A stretch of 64,000 nucleotides of DNA, from the NCBI GenBank assembly GCA_000708835.1, contig DF237124.1, positions 96,042 through 160,041 of the forward strand, given 5' to 3'. This DNA is from Klebsormidium nitens (lineage: Eukaryota; Plantae; Klebsormidiophyceae). Made by a program: the position numbers and the translations under genes. The notes beneath the pieces were generated by a model. It ran no database searches. It was not told the DNA's origin and saw only the letters and a program-made list of their open reading frames with translations. Below are positions 23,401 through 34,864 of this stretch, piece by piece. The number at the start of each line of letters is the position of its first letter. Within the stretch, counting starts at the first letter, position 1.

Positions 23401-24946
23401 CAGGAGGGACCCATTTGAGTCCAGACTATTGGGTTGCAATTGATTAATGCCCGTTCCTATCTCAAGCGTGGTGAGCAGAGGATGAAGAACCGCGATGATA
23501 CAAAAGTGAAGCCTTTTGTGTAGGTAACCTCGATCTCGAACAACACAAAAACGGGGATAAAGCTAGGGATACTCCCAAAAATCTAACTACCTTGATGAAA
23601 CTTTCTCACCTTCAGTAATGCGCTGGTCCGCATTCGACATGCCCCCCAGAGTTGACGCGACGTAATAAGTTCTGTTAGAGAGGTAGCGCTGATGAAGATG
23701 CTCGGTGATGCGCTTGCGGAAGGCCAGGCTGATGTACGTCTGCATGAACTTGAGGCCGCTGTTCACGATGGCCGCAGGGACGCACGTCAGGGCGGTGTCC
23801 ACCAGCATGCGCTGAAAGGCTGGCCAGTCCTGTACGGAGGGGTTACAGAAAGTCAATGAGTCTTGCTGAAGTTGACTGGCACGACGCTGTTAAGGGAGTG
23901 AGCACTGACCCCGTTCCAGCAGCGACCATGATGAGTAAGATTGTATGGTGGACATTGAGTTCCTATAACTGCTGATTGACATCCGAGACTAACCTGTACT
24001 CCGCTGCCACATGTTCTCCTTGAGAACAAATGGACCAGAGAGAGAGTGCGACTGGTGGGGCCTACCTGCGCCGTGACGGCCTGGCCAGCAGTACCTTCGA
24101 GAGCTGCAATCTGGTCTGTACATACAATGACCAGACAAGTGTAAGTACGTGGCCCTCTTTTTGGTTTGAGCAGGAAAAGTGATGCCATGAGCATGAACTT
24201 TCCATGAAACTTATCAGTGAACTTTCAGAAACTTTTGACGCGTACTGATCAATCACAAAGTGCTTAACGACCTGATTGTCCTCTACTGTCTACTACTGGC
24301 TTACCAGAAAGGAGCGTTCTGGAAATCAAGAGGCCCGATTGTACAAGGACGTAGACCGCCTCCAGAGAAAAGGGGGAGGGGACGCATATCCCCAGCACGG
24401 TTTGCAATCTCAACCAGAAGACACGATTGACCGCTACCTGCAACGACAGCATTCTGTTTTGGCTGTTAGGGGATCGCAATCTTCAAAAGCTAGACCGCAA
24501 GATGTATTCACAGCGAAGCAATGTCAGTGGTGGTTCTTCTGCACTAAACGTGGGGCAGTGATCTCCTGGGGAAGTGGGGGGTACTTTCTTAAGTAACATT
24601 TTCAGAGCTACTCAGCCGCTCACCTGGCCTTTGATAGGATGCCGCAGACGGAACCTGATGTAAACAATTTCTGTCAGAGAAACGGCATTAGAGTTGTTGC
24701 TGGCAGGGAAGTAAGGAAGAGAAGTCTGTTCTTAACACAGGCCCCTTTTTGCCCCACCTTCTGCTTCTTCAGCCCCCCAGTGTCCTTTGAGCTCTCTGAA
24801 GCAACCGCGTCGCACAAAGCCCTTTGCTCCTTCTGCGCCTGCTTGACCCGAACGGAGACGTTGGCAGCGACAACAAAACCCCCACTTACAAAGGCTAGGG
24901 CAATAATGCGCCTCTGCCGCGGAGAGTATGTTGAAAAGTACGTCAT
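17494..24946 (-). CDS. ABCD: Half-size ABCD (PMP70/ALDP/PXA-like, probably peroxisomal) ABC transporter (~692 aa)
   Basis: 15 exons on the minus strand: 24946-24758, 24437-24305, 24115-24066, 23829-23610, 23389-23287, 22835-22701, 22346-22211, 21828-21745, 21207-21151, 20625-20530, 20121-19952, 19573-19466, 18946-18557, 18232-18110, 17578-17494. Total 2079 nt, in frame. Motifs: NADQRITEDVEKF, FKPVLDIVLF, EAA-like [63 protein letters not shown]. Confidence 0.95.
17937..18085. repeat. ~90-nt imperfect intronic tandem duplication in the last ABCD intron
   Basis: gatgcattgctggacatcgaaacta...gcaggcatcagtataacg versus gaatgcactgctggacatcggagcta...gcagagatcagtatgacg, about 90 nt apart. Confidence 0.7.
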
Positions 24947-25584
24947 TTGCGCAGCATTTGATTGGACAACAAAAGTTGAGCTATGGGGACCCGTCTCAGC
25001 TCCAAATCACGTTCATGCGGACTGAATTCATAAACGTTTTGCTGATGCCACCAGTATCAGCAGACGTGCTCTGTATGGAGTGTCTGCTTCAAATCAGGAT
25101 TGTGCTGAAACCAGCTGAAACTCCAATCCTCCGCTTCCATGACTTCCAAAAGGGGCACCTCTAACCTCTGAGCACCTCCGTCCTCTACCAAGGACTACCA
25201 AGCCTGGAACTTGAAGAAGGGCGCCCTGGTAGAGGCCAAGTAAGCGCGCCTCTGGCACTGTTGCCATTGGCATTGCTGCGTCAGCCTAGTTTCAGAAGTA
25301 CCGCAATACAACATTCTAATTTCTCCCCCTCCTAGTTCGCACAAGAATATCTGAAGATACACAATCACGATGACATCAGCATGTGCGCTGTACCTGTGCA
25401 GGCAGATCCTGTTCACTGCACAGGATCGTCCTCTCGAGTCTCTGCCAATCTCCCTAGCTCGGTTGCTACATTAATATTATTTGGAATTGGCGGGCAACTC
25501 CAATTGCCGTTGGCACGCAAGGGACGCTGGTAGGATTGCTCCTTCTGGACGATTCTCATAGGAAGGGTCTGAGTTTGTAGAAGT

Positions 25585-28500
25585 ATGGCAACCGCATGCG
25601 TTTCAACGCGCCTTGCGTCCCTGCAGCTCGGCCTTTCCAAGGTCGAGCAGTCGCAATGTGTTCAGTCAACTGGCTTTCGTGTTGTGCCAGCCAAAAGCAG
25701 GAAGAATGTAGTGGCTGCAAGTCAAATTGGGCGGAACGCGCTTCTGGGGGCTGGCCCGATTGGACAATCCATGCTGTTCGACCCAATTGGACGGCAGCAT
25801 GTCAGGAGTGGTTTGAAGCAGGGACGCTCGAGGGTGCAGATGGAGGCAGTTGTTTCGGAAGCAGCTTCTCTTCCAGACCCTGGAGTCCCTTCAGCGTATG
25901 CCGTCATTGCCCAATGCTCTGTTTCAGGGGATTCTTGGCAAGACCATAAAGGTCTTGCTTTTGGAACTGTAGTCTCAATGCAGATGGACTCTGATTCCTT
26001 TACCAACCATCCTATGTTAGGCAATGATGGCAGCCGAATGGCGGGGTAGACTTGGTCTTCCTGACTATAGTGTCAATGTGCCTAGCTCACATGCTGTCAC
26101 ATCATGAGGACTTCCGTTGTTGCCAAATTGTGGCAAGTACCAGGTACATTGATGTTCAGAACTTACTTGACTCAGAAAAAGTTCAGCGCTGTTTGGGGCA
26201 TCATATGAGTGAGCAACTTGTTGACTGCAGGAATCTACGCTGGATCACCGCAAAACTTAGCCATCTGACATTGCGACTGCATTTCGCTAGCCATCCAGCT
26301 AACGAATCAGCGTAATCAGCTCGGAATGCATTTCAACTTCGTTGCTGCTAAGGGTATATTTCTTGAACAATCTTGCACGCTTTGATTGCAGGCCTGCTGA
26401 GACGCCGCCTCTTGAACTAGGGTTGTATTTCATCCTCTGGTAAGTGAAGCATCCACAATGCTGTGGAAAGTTAGCAGCAATGTCTCTGTGTGGAGTGTCG
26501 CAATCGCCGTTACATGACCGTCTGCCATACTAGATCTGTTGCGAGTCCACCATTAAGAGACAGAACGAGCACAAGTAGTGGATCAGAGCACTTCTCCCAG
26601 CCATAGGAGCGCTGCAAAGAGAAGGCGCCTGATTTGTCTTGTCCATTCTCCCTGATTTCACTTCTAAGAATTGTCTGCCAAACATGTGCAGGTACATTCT
26701 AAATGTGTTCTTTAACATCCTCAACAAGCAGCTCTATGGCTACTTCCCGTTCCCCTGGTGAGCAATGGTACATCTTGGTGTCTGCATCCAGACACTACGT
26801 TTTGAAAGCTTCCTTGACTTTAAGTAGCAGGTTTCAACAGTGGTAAACCCAGTGTCTCGCACTTGGAGCCTTTTACCTTCTAGGACTGTTTGGTTCAATA
26901 GCAGTATCTTTTACTCCACCTTCCTGACTGGGGAGAACCTGTCAAATTCACAAATGTAGCTGGTCAAGAGGAGAAGGCGTTGTGATGCATCTGTTATCGC
27001 GCAGGTTTGTGTCAACCGTTCACCTTGCGGTTGGCGTCCTGTACTGCACAATCGCTTGGGGTTTGAACATGCCAAAGAGGGTGGTGAGTTTGCGCCTCTG
27101 CTCCTTTACGGACCTCTCATAGTCCCTTGTGAAAACCTCATAGGAATGCTTTCAAACAAGGCGTCCGGTGGTAGCTGGGGCGTCAAAGATGACGAGACTG
27201 TGTATGTCAAGTGCAACATAGTAAAAGGCACTCTTGTGGAATACATGATGTGGACAAACTCCCACATGACGTGCCCGACAGCACCCGAAATCTACTCTAC
27301 CTTGTTATCGTGTGCCGCTTCACCATCCAGATATTTTATTTTATTGAAGTTGTTGGTCCTGTCTTTCCCAGGAACTCAGCGGGGATGAGATCAAGGCGCT
27401 GGTCCCCATCTCTGCAGCACATGCTTTTGGTCATCTCATGACGAATGTCTCCTTCGCCTCCGTGGCCGTCTCCTTCACCCACACCATCAAAGGTGAGTCC
27501 TTGGAACGAGCTTGTGGTAGTCAGCTGTCTTGCAAAGGTTCCGGAAAGATCATTCTGACTGCCAATGCAAATGTGTGATTGGGCCATGGTTTGAAGTATC
27601 CTGTCTTCTGCCTTCTGACTGGTTGTCATTCCGGGCTACGCAATGGTTGCGTAGTGTGTAGCCCAGAGCGCGGTTGAGAAGGAGAAGGAGGTCTAAATCA
27701 GATGGGCGATTTGCGGTGACAAGCTTGCAGACGCTGTCTCTGTGTAGTCTGCTTCCATTTCGTTAATTCATTCATTGAGCTTCTCACCCACTTTCCTCTA
27801 CCATCTGCCAGCCCTGGAGCCCTTCTTCTCTGCCGTTGGGCAGTACCTCGTCTTTGGCGAGACCATCTCGCTCCCACTGCTCTTGTCTCTGCTCCCCATT
27901 GTTGGAGGTGAGCGGATATTCTGGTGCAAACTAGATTGGCAAGCCGTTGGAATGGACGCATAGGCTACAAATTGGATTTGATCGTTGCTATGTCAGAGCG
28001 TGAAGCAGCAAGGGATCAAGCAGTTTGCCTCGTTTACATTGGATTGCACAGCAAGACATGAAGAACGGCATAACCTTCTTTTCATGGCGTGAAACAGGAC
28101 AAAGATTGGGTAATCATTTGCTATGTCTGGCACTGTCTAAGTTCAATAGCAGGAGCACATAGTGCTACTTTCCCTATCCCCAGGTGTTTCTGCGGCATCT
28201 ATGACCGAGCTATCGTTCAACTGGACGGGTTTCACCGGGGCAATGATTGCCAATTTGTTGTTCACATACCGCAATCTGATAGGCAAGAAGGCGATGGTAA
28301 GCAGTAAAGCCAACAGCCGCGCGTATTGCTTGTTTTGCTCGACTGCTTCGCTGTCGGCTGTTTGCGTCGTAACTCTCAGGATACGTCTAACTTTGCATCA
28401 GTCTAACAGCGCTTGTCATAAGACGTCTCTGCGATTCTGCTCTCTTGGTATAGCATTGAAGAGACAGGTCCTTCGTGAAGTCTCAACGCTAAGGTCGTCG

Positions 28501-30325
28501 TTTAGTGTCGAACTTGGAGGATCTGCAAAGACTGTTGAACCCTTTTCTCTCTTCAGTCCTGTCGAGGCCTTGTCAGCTGAACACACGGCCACCCAGATAC
28601 TGACGTGCAGTGCGTTTTCTCTTTGCAGATCAAGAAGCTAGACAGCACCAACCTGTATGCATATATTTCCATCATCGCACTTTGCTTCTGCATACCCGCA
28701 ACATTTGTCGTAAGTTCATCTTTCTCCGTTGAAGTCAGTCGTCGTGTCTTCTTCTGGACGTGAATTGTATGGGGACATCCGTCTGTTTAATCCGTTATTT
28801 TAGGAGACGAGAAGCGGTCCCCCTTCTTTTCTTCTAGGTACATCATTAAGTTGGAGACAGGTGCCGTTTAATCTTCAGTATTGGACCTGACCTACGTATT
28901 CTGCAAAATGTCTCGAGTTGGAGAAGGGTACTGCTTCAAACTCAGCCATGATATCGACCCTACTTCTGCGACGAGAAACGATGAGTTCTAGCCCAGGTTC
29001 GTAACGTGAAGGCCTTGTAAGAAAGTCTCGCGTGTGTCACTTCAGGTTGTTCAAGAGACGAGATCAAGCTACGCGGCTGGGCTCCCTTCAAGATCGAGGA
29101 GTTTGTCCAACTCTAGAGAACGATCAGATTCTGCCATGTTCGAAAGCGAACCGTTCGCACTAAGACGAGGTTGAGCTATCTGGCTGAGGATGCCCGTGTT
29201 TCGACCCGTGCAGATGGAGGGCAAGGTGCTCATTCCCGGCATCAAGGCCGCCGTCTCCAAGGTCGGCGCTCGGAAGTTCGTCCAGGATCTGCTCCTGGTC
29301 GGGTTCTTCTACCACACGTATAACCAGGTGCGGTGAATGTCGGTTGCGACCAGTCATTTATTTGCAGTGTGGATAAATAAGTCGGTTTTATGCCAGGTTG
29401 TTAGCTGCCGGTAGAGGGGCAAAAGGAGGCCTTGGCCGCGACCTGCGAAGCTGCTGGACTGGGCTGGCGTCTCGCAGAAGCTCGCGTCTGTTAATTATCA
29501 ATAGTTTCTACGAGGCCTGGATTGCAGACAGGACTCTGGAATAAGAACGATCCTGAACGTTAGCAATCAACTGTGCGCCTTGAGGTTGTGCGGATTATGA
29601 CATTTCCTCCGTGACAGCAGATTCAGGTCCCTCATTCTGTTCTTGTTGTTCAGGTGCAATTCAACTGTCTAGAGAAGGTCAACCCCGTCACGCACGCCGT
29701 GGGCAACGTCGCCAAGCGAATCTTCGTCATCGGTTTCTCGCTCCTCGTTTTCAGTGAGCACTCACGTCGCTTCTTATATGGCTATCAGGCTCCAAATTGT
29801 CTGTTCGGATTCCGTTTCATGATTCGACACTGCGGGTAGGATTTTGATTTCACTTGCTGTAACACGATCATAACAAAAACTTGCAACGAGCACACCCAAG
29901 TCACGTTTGTCAGGTTGACTTCTCAGATATGACGTTCTGGAATTTGAGTGTACTGGACTAAAATTGAGGAGCTGAATAAGCGCTGCCCCTGCTCTTTGCA
30001 GAGAATCCTGTCACAAAGCAGACCGCTGTTGGTACTGCGGTTGCCATCGCGGGCTGCTCGATTTACTCCCTCCTCAAGGCCAAGGAAAAGGAGGTGAGAG
30101 CCTTCATAGATATGCCACGCGCTTCTCCTAACGTGCCAATCCGGGTTTTGCTGTTTGCTTCTCTTGTAGCATGTGCGGATCTGAAGGGGCGTGAGCGTAT
30201 TCCGCTCGTCATCTTCCTCCCGTTCTTGTAGCATCTACGTTCAGACGATAATCGCTTTTCAGGATCATGCTTCCTGATTCTGTTTTCCTGTTCAACAGGC
30301 CGCCCTCAAGGCCAAAGCGGCTTAA
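25585..30325 (+). CDS. TPT: Plastid triose-phosphate/phosphate translocator with N-terminal transit peptide (~415 aa)
   Basis: Exons 25585-25895, 26392-26439, 26692-26757, 27005-27083, 27372-27492, 27812-27907, 28184-28296, 28629-28709, 29214-29327, 29654-29753, 30002-30093, 30299-30325. Total 1248 nt, in frame. Motifs: [84 protein letters not shown]. The N-terminus is Ser/Ala/Arg-rich and poor in acidic residues. Confidence 0.95.
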
Positions 30326-31351
30326 GGATTCCTCGCCATTGGTCGGCGGTCATGGAAGCAACCTCTCGCGGATTTATACGCTGGCACCAGGGAGACTCTT
30401 GCTCTGGAACTCAATTGCTTATGAAGTTGGACTCGATTGCGATATGAAGTTGGCAAGCATGCTAGGAAGACTAGGGAATATAAGCAGACGGCCGCTATGA
30501 CCTGAAGCCTAAATGTGTAGCAGGGGCAATGCTTGACGCGACAGTCAATACTAGACATTAAGCATTGTATGTTTTGGGGACATTGCTCAGTCCACCCCTC
30601 CAGGTCCACTTAGTCTGCTTGCCCGTTTATAGGTGGTGGAATTTGTGTTGAATGTTGTCAGGACGTCGCCTGTTGGTGAAAGTTATTGACGGTTGCTACT
30701 AGAGGTTCTCATCTTGAATGTACTTTACTTGGGAGTAGTGTATCTGTCGTTGTGCAGGAGACCAGGCTGTGTCGCGTGTGGCATGTCCAACTGATGCATG
30801 GATAGCTCTTCTCTTTCCAGCTTTTTATCCATATGGGCGCGGCTTGCCCCCCCACCTATACTCGCATAATTTACCAACTTAGCATTGCCAGCGCACATGC
30901 TGAAGGTTACTTTCATTGCTGCGGCGCGCGCCATATGTAGGAGCACTGAATACCTGATACACACGGCGCTCTCATACTTACAGACCTAACAGTGGCAGGC
31001 TAGCTGCATGCATGAATTCACTGATATGCCGTCCGGCCATTAGTCTGAGCTGTTCCGTGTATGACGGCCTCAGTGAGTCAAAACCCTCTCACAACCATGA
31101 TATGTTGATGTATCAGGGCCGAAATACCTAAACCATTGCATGTACAGACATACTACACCGTGTGGAGACGCTTCGCGGTCAAATGATCCGGTCAAGTACC
31201 ATGCATGATTCGTGTCCAGCCAACGTTCGGGAGCCTTGAGATTACCGTAACGGCTCAGAGTCATGCAACCGCGTAAAGCAACACAAGTTGCGGTAGCCGC
31301 CGGCACTTTTGAAAAGAAATATGAGAACCCGGACACTGTCCCAAGTCCTTG

Positions 31352-33005
31352 CTAACCACCATCATCCTCGTCGTCAAACGACAGAGCTCCAACCTTTGGT
31401 GCTGATTTCTTCTCTTTTCGTTTCTTTGAAGGCGGGGCACTATCTGCATGCGCCTGTATCGCCACATAACCATCATCTCCGTGAGCGCAAGCTTACGGGA
31501 ATTATTCTGCTAGTTTTATCCAAACATGGGTGAAAGAGTTATCCAGAACTTGAGCAGCAAATCTGCGATTCATTGGATTGCTGCTGAGTGCATCAGTCAA
31601 TCGTTGCTTCCATACATGGCTGCGATATAGTGAGATGAGAAGGCTTCTGAAGCAGGCGCAACTTGGAACGGCTGCCGGCACAGACCGTGAGCACGAGAAG
31701 CCTACCTTGTCGTCCTCTTTTTCCGACTTGGAGGCCAGCTCTGCCTGCAGCTTAGCCTTCCTCTTTTCATCACGCTCCTTTCTCGCCTGCACACGGGCCC
31801 CTCCCTTGACTATCCGTTACATGCGACGGGCTGGTCATGACTGTACCGCAAGCTTTTGACGGTGCAAGTCCCGGTTACCTACCAGATGAGCAACTTGGCG
31901 ATTCGTTTGTGCACAAGATGCTGCCGCCAGCGCCATACTGTGCAATCTGATTAACTCGTCAGAGAAGGCTAATCTGCAGACCTTCTGAAGCACGTTATGA
32001 AGAACCGGATCGGAAGCTTCTTTGTAAGCAGCTTTACCTGAGCCTCCCTGTCTGCAGCTGCTTGGTCTGCAGCCACAATCTCGGCTACTTTCCTCCGAAC
32101 CGCGTCATGGTGGTCGTGACTGGTTTTTTGGAGCGCCTCTCGCTTGCGCTTGTACGCGTCAGTCGTCAGCAAGCCGCTATACGCATGGCCTGCAAGGGTC
32201 GGCACGAATGCTTACGGATGATCAAACCATGCTTCTTGGAGGTCAGCTACTGGAGGGACTTGCAGGTGTGCACAGGGCGTAGAACAATTTGCTGGGGACT
32301 AGGACCATGGCAGAAACTTTGGGTGCTTTGGCTTTGGACAATTGTTGCTGTGATGTCACTTGTTCCAACTTGTACCCGCGACAGTCTCCAAATCATTGAT
32401 GAATCTGCACACAAAGCTCCTGCCAGATACTCGACGTACGGTTTCGCCGGCTGCTGCAAGTCAGATGAGGACAAACAAGGTAAAAGTTTGCTCCTTATCT
32501 CAGCATTAGGAAATGCAGTGCAAGGATCTGCCTTGGCCCATTAAAAGGAGCGAATTGATAGTGTTTCAGCTGCCAGACACTTGTCTAAACAGGTGTAACT
32601 TGGAAAGTTGCCTAGACAATCTGCAGCATCTGGCTCCGTTAAAAGCCAGTAGACTGCTTTCCCAATCTAAATGAGATGGCTTCCTGCGGCTGAGTTATCC
32701 AGAGCGCCACACCACCCAGCGAAAAGACCATATGCTAAGCAAAGAATCTGAGGAGCACGAATTCTTTGTTTGCTCTCCTGCAAAAAACATGATGGTCCAC
32801 AGACGTCCGGACAACTTGGAGCAGTACCACCGCACAATCAGAAAATCTTCTACCGTCAGGAATATTATTTGAGTTGGTCTGCCTCCGCACCATCGTTGAG
32901 TCTGTCTTCTTTGGTGTCGAGCCTGGGCTCGAAATCGACCTTCTCCATCTCCACTTGCAGGCCGTTCCCCAAACTCCCTACCACTTTCTCGCGCTCGTCC
33001 CCCAT
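31352..33005 (-). CDS. Small hydrophilic coiled-coil protein (149 aa), unknown function
   Basis: Exons 33005-32891, 32189-32038, 31786-31706, 31453-31352 are phase-consistent (450 nt). Protein: MGDEREKVVGSLGNGLQVEMEKVDFEPRLDTKEDRLNDGHAYSGLLTTDAYKRKREAL...ARKERDEKRKAKLQAEL...PPSKKRKEKKSAPKVGALSFDDEDDGG*. It carries an NLS-like KKRK. Confidence 0.75.
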
Positions 33006-34864
33006 TCCTATTGATTCGTCTCTGCTTGTAACTTTTGATCAACCAAATATCTATGAGCAACTCTAAAAAGTTGCAGAGAAACCAGCCAAAACGATCCCCA
33101 GCTCTTGTACAACTTGCACAGTAGAAAGCTGGACTTAAGCCTGAAGGTGGCAACACATGCCCACGTTAAACAAGGATGCTTACACTTGCACTAGGCATTA
33201 GGGACTCAACAGATCAGCGGAGAGCCCTCATAGATTGATTTTCTGCGAGCTGGAACCACATTCTCCTGAAACCTTAAACGGCAGCATGAAAGCCTTGCGC
33301 AGCAAAACGTAATTGATCGAATGCTGGGGCAAAAGCACAATTCAAAGATGGCTGCCAACAAATTGGATATGATGACCGATGGCATGGCATTCCTTGACCT
33401 TATTCTTGACCCTATACGGTCGACGGGTCCGGAAACACTGATTCCCTGCATGTGGCAGCGAGACCCTACGAACCTGACTTAGACCACCTTACACGATGTA
33501 AAGAGCGTCAAAGTCGAGCCGGTTACATGAACCTGAAAACCAACCCAGTCATGTGAAACATGTGCACCACGTGAATTCAAGTACGCGGACAAGGCGCAGC
33601 GCAGCGGCACATGCAACTTGCAAGCGAGGAAGACGGCTTGAATGATGAAACGGAGAGAAATGGAGGATGCACTTCTCCCGCACGTCCCAACCCAGCAATT
33701 GAATCTTAAATTTGAACACAGCTAAGATTATAGGGCGCTCCCATTGTAAAGGATAGAGATCTGCTCACATCAACACCCTGTTGTGGGTACTGACCGCGAC
33801 ATCTACAGCATTATGTTTGGGGTGCCACTGCTAGCTGTACGTTGCTGTACTCTCCGAAGGCGTTTTCACAAGGGGCGCCTCCGGAAGCTACGAAATACAG
33901 GAATCTGAGCCAACAGGCCGCCCCATAGGTATCCCCACTATCTCATAATGCAGATAGGGTGAGAGCAGGCAAGGAATTTGACAATGAGCGCGCTCCTGCA
34001 ATCTTTGCAACAAGCTTCAATTTCAGGCTATTTCTGTCCTGGTCTCAATGGTCACAGCTTTTCTGCAAATGGACCGTCAACAAGGTCATGGACGTCACTG
34101 CGCCAGCCTTCCAAGCTTCACGTACAATATGAGCAGGCGCAGCAGACGGTGCTCTGCAAGCGAGCTGGTCAAATCAGAACTAGTGACGCGTTGTCTAAGA
34201 CTGGGACCATGATGGCAACCAAGAGCGGCCAATTACGGAACTGGTGGTGGGACCCGGATCTAGAGAGGCAGACCCAGAATGCTTGGAGGAAGGGGCGCAA
34301 TGCACGAAACAGAGGTGAGGAGCTACTGCCACATGTAGTCCTAGCGCTGAACAAAAGATGGACATTTTTTGACAGCTCCAAACAATACGGTCATACTGCG
34401 GTTTGGATAACCCGGGCAGTGTCAAATCGGCAAGCGGGCCCCGGCGGGAATGCCCCGGCTGGTTTTGCCGTCGTCGAGTGCGGGCGGTTAATCGCCGGGC
34501 GGACACAATAAGCGGTTGGCATTAATAAATATTCCATAGTAGACGGTTTTCCAAACTTTTGAGAAAGATTGATACGTCTAAGAGGGCAGCGCAGACTCTG
34601 CGCATGAGGGAGGTGCTGCGCTAGCTAGTAGCAGGCAAGTAGCAGGCAATTGCGCTTCAGCCAGCCTTCAGGCAGTAATTGTCAATGTTCAGATGCTCCG
34701 CTCCCAGGAAGTTTGCAACTTTCGTGTAGGTTACGTGCACACAAAGGAGTAGGAGTTGCGGCGGCAATGTGCAGACTGCTACGAACATCTTGACTGCTTC
34801 CGCAATGCTGATCGACCGATAGCTACCACAACAAAGCTGGCACCTCAAGGCCAATCGTCACACA

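Noticed and set aside
30966-30985. ATACTTAC resembling the U1 snRNA 5' end
   Set aside because: It does not continue as ATACTTACCTGG, and no stem-loops or Sm site follow.
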